NCBI GenBank assembly: GCA_021797815.1
Contig: JAJZYZ010000002.1
Coordinates: 1,256-65,255, forward strand
Origin: Bacillota bacterium
Lineage (GTDB): Bacteria; Bacillota; Sulfobacillia; Sulfobacillales; JAIMBI01
Direction: 5' to 3'
DNA length: 64,000 bases
This document shows, piece by piece, positions 61,945 to 64,000 of this stretch (position 1 is the stretch's first letter; the number at the start of each line of letters is the position of its first letter). Both the position numbers and the translations under genes were made by a program. The notes under the pieces were generated by a model. It did not search any database, was not told the DNA's origin, and saw nothing but the letters and a program-made list of their open reading frames with translations.

Positions 61945-64000
61945 ATGGCCGATACGCGACGGCTTGAACTGAACGACCTGGCGGCGCCCCCCGGCCTCAC
62001 CGATTTCGTACCACAGGATCCCCGATTTTCCGGCGACGGAAAGCGCCTTTGGTACCTGGCCGGCGAGGACGACCCCATGAGTCTGGTTCTTTGGGAACAA
62101 GATCTGGAAACGGGCGGCCGCCGGGTGCTGATGCAGGCGAAGGACGTTTCCTACACCCCCGAGGAGCTCCTGCAGCGGGAACGGCAGCGGGTCCGGTTCG
62201 GCGGTATCACCGGCTACCAGGTGGGGCACCGGGATGGCGAGCCGGTGTTTCTGGCAGGGGTCGGAGGACGCATTTTGGTCCGGGTCGGAGAGACGGCGGC
62301 CGCCACCGTGCCGCACGTGAAAGACGCCGTGAACCCGGGTCTCCTGGAAGACGGGCTGCGGGCGGTCTACGTGCGCGCGGGCGATCTATACGTGTGCGAC
62401 CTTACGACCGGCGCGGAGCGCCGGCTCACCGAAGGCGCTGGGCCGGGATTCTCGCACGGACTGGCGGAATACGTGGCGCAGGAGGAACTGTCCCGGAGCC
62501 ACGGTTTCTGGGTCAGCGCCGACGCCCGTTTCCTGGCCTACACCGAAGTGGATGAGCGGGAGATTCCGGAGTTTCCGATCGTTCACTATGAAGACGAGCG
62601 CCCGTGGGTGGAAACGCCCCGCTATCCCATGGCGGGGGAGGCGAATGCCCGGGTACGCCTCGGCGTCATGCCGCTCGCAGGCGGCGAGACCTATTTCGTC
62701 GAGGGACTCGGGGGAGACGACGAGGCCTACCTCGTAAAGGTGGTGTGGACGCCTGACAACCTGATGGCCTACGCGCTCCTGGGTCGCGATCACCGGCGCC
62801 TTGAGTGGCGTCTTTTTGACCCCGTCTCGCAGTCGATTCGTCCGCTCGGCTCCGAGCACTCAGATCACTGGGTCAACGTAGGGGCCGTGCACACGTTCTT
62901 GGACGACGGTAGCTTTCTCACGTCCTCGGAGGAGGACGGTTTCCGCCACCTCTACGTGTGGAAGGACGGAGAGGCCCGGCAGCTGACTCATGGGGCCTGG
63001 ATGGTGACCGAGCTTCACGCGGTAGACCGGTCGGCCGGTCTCGTCTACTTCACGGCCACCCGCGAGAGCCCGCTCGAGCGGCATCTCTACCGTGTCGCGC
63101 TTGAAGGAGGCGAGGTTACCCGGATCACGGAAGGGCAGGGTCTTCACCACGTGCAGGTGTCTGTGGCCGCCGGACGCTTCCTCGACCAGCACCAGAACCG
63201 CCAGCACGCGACCCGCTCCATCGTCCGGCGCCTTCAGGACGCCGGGGAGACGCTCAAGATCCACGAGGCTCCGGACGGAACCGCACAGGCCCTTGGGGTG
63301 TCGGTGCCCGATATCGTCCATTTTGCGGCGGAGGACGGAACGACTCTTTACGGCGCGGTGTACCGACCGGAGGGTCCGGGACCCCACCCGGTCATCGTCA
63401 GCGTCTATGGCGGACCGCACGCGCAGAGCGTCAGCGACAGTTTCGCCCTCACGGCTGATCTGGAGGCGCAGTACCTGGCCCAGCATGGGTATCTCGTGTT
63501 TAAGATGGACAATCGGGGAATGGCCAACCGCGGAGTCGCCTTCGAGCGCGCCCTCTTCCGGTCCTTCGGAACCGTTGAGGTGCAAGATCAGGTGGCGGGC
63601 GTGCGCTGGCTCGGTGAAACCCAGGGCGCCGATCTGAGCCGGGTGGGCGTGTACGGGTGGAGTTATGGCGGCTACATGACCCTCATGCTGATGGAGAAGG
63701 CGCCTGAGATTTTCCGCGCCGGCGTATCGGGCGCCCCCGTCACCGACTACCGGTTCTACGACACGGCTTACACGGAACGCTACATGGAGACGCCGGCCAA
63801 GAATCAGGAAGGTTATGACGAGGGTTCGGCCCTGAAGCATGTGGATCAGCTCACCGGCGAGCTTCTCATCATCCACGGCCTGATAGACGAGAACGTGCAT
63901 TTCCGGAACACGGCCGCGCTGCTGCTGCGTTTGGCAGAAGCGGAGAAAGCAGTCGAGCTCACCCTCCTGCCATCGTCCCGGCACGGTCCCCGCGGCCGCA
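61945..64000 (+). CDS. S9B dipeptidyl-peptidase IV-like serine peptidase; 3-prime end runs off the window
   Basis: Not in ORF track because there is no stop. ATG 61945 follows AAAGGAG. My translation stays open to nt 64000: MADTRRLELNDLAAPPG...FKMDNRGMANRG...VYGWSYGGYM...IIHGLIDENVHF. Confidence 0.85.
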   Translation, partial: MADTRRLELNDLAAPPGLTDFVPQDPRFSGDGKRLWYLAGEDDPMSLVLWEQDLETGGRRVLMQAKDVSYTPEELLQRERQRVRFGGITGYQVGHRDGEPVFLAGVGGRILVRVGETAAATVPHVKDAVNPGLLEDGLRAVYVRAGDLYVCDLTTGAERRLTEGAGPGFSHGLAEYVAQEELSRSHGFWVSADARFLAYTEVDEREIPEFPIVHYEDERPWVETPRYPMAGEANARVRLGVMPLAGGETYFVEGLGGDDEAYLVKVVWTPDNLMAYALLGRDHRRLEWRLFDPVSQSIRPLGSEHSDHWVNVGAVHTFLDDGSFLTSSEEDGFRHLYVWKDGEARQLTHGAWMVTELHAVDRSAGLVYFTATRESPLERHLYRVALEGGEVTRITEGQGLHHVQVSVAAGRFLDQHQNRQHATRSIVRRLQDAGETLKIHEAPDGTAQALGVSVPDIVHFAAEDGTTLYGAVYRPEGPGPHPVIVSVYGGPHAQSVSDSFALTADLEAQYLAQHGYLVFKMDNRGMANRGVAFERALFRSFGTVEVQDQVAGVRWLGETQGADLSRVGVYGWSYGGYMTLMLMEKAPEIFRAGVSGAPVTDYRFYDTAYTERYMETPAKNQEGYDEGSALKHVDQLTGELLIIHGLIDENVHFRNTAALLLRLAEAEKAVELTLLPSSRHGPRGR

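Noticed and set aside
58068-63984. Minus-strand ORFs 58068..59405 (445 aa) and 62860..63984 (374 aa), and plus-strand ORF 60980..61846
   Set aside because: Shadows of the GH57 gene, the edge-truncated DPP-IV-like gene and the BI-1 gene respectively.

Overview
High-GC (by eye about two-thirds G+C) bacterial chromosomal window with about 50 confident protein genes. Shine-Dalgarno sites are strong GGAGG types. Local synteny looks Bacillota-like (polA-mutM-...-coaE-SLT; DUF948/YtxH pair); the lineage call is a guess. Content is mostly housekeeping and central metabolism: aldehyde dehydrogenase, glnA, polA, mutM, coaE, class I aldolase, leucine dehydrogenase, methylmalonyl-CoA mutase catalytic subunit, PduO adenosyltransferase, peptide deformylase, ferredoxin, two S9 peptidases and a complete GlgE alpha-glucan pathway block. 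I recognise no rRNA, tRNA, CRISPR array, transposase/integrase or known defence genes. Two truncated edge genes are missing from the ORF track: an EAL protein at 1..813 (-) and a DPP-IV-like peptidase at 61945..64000 (+). Points worth a second look: (1) an ECF41-type sigma factor divergent from a CMD-family gene, with mirrored TGTCAC(A/G)-N16-GGTC motifs in the 85-bp spacer, and that CMD gene is split by an in-frame TAG; (2) glnA, whose conserved N-terminus starts at a CTG; (3) a CoxD/CoxE/CoxM/CoxS-like set with no catalytic large subunit; (4) a divergent ThyX-like protein; (5) about 10 kb (about 16%) in ten tracts without intact ORFs, several holding coding-like segments that change frame at homopolymers (gene decay or indel errors). 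I cannot show that any of these is a new biological system. Many long ORFs in the track are antisense shadows typical of high-GC DNA and were not called.
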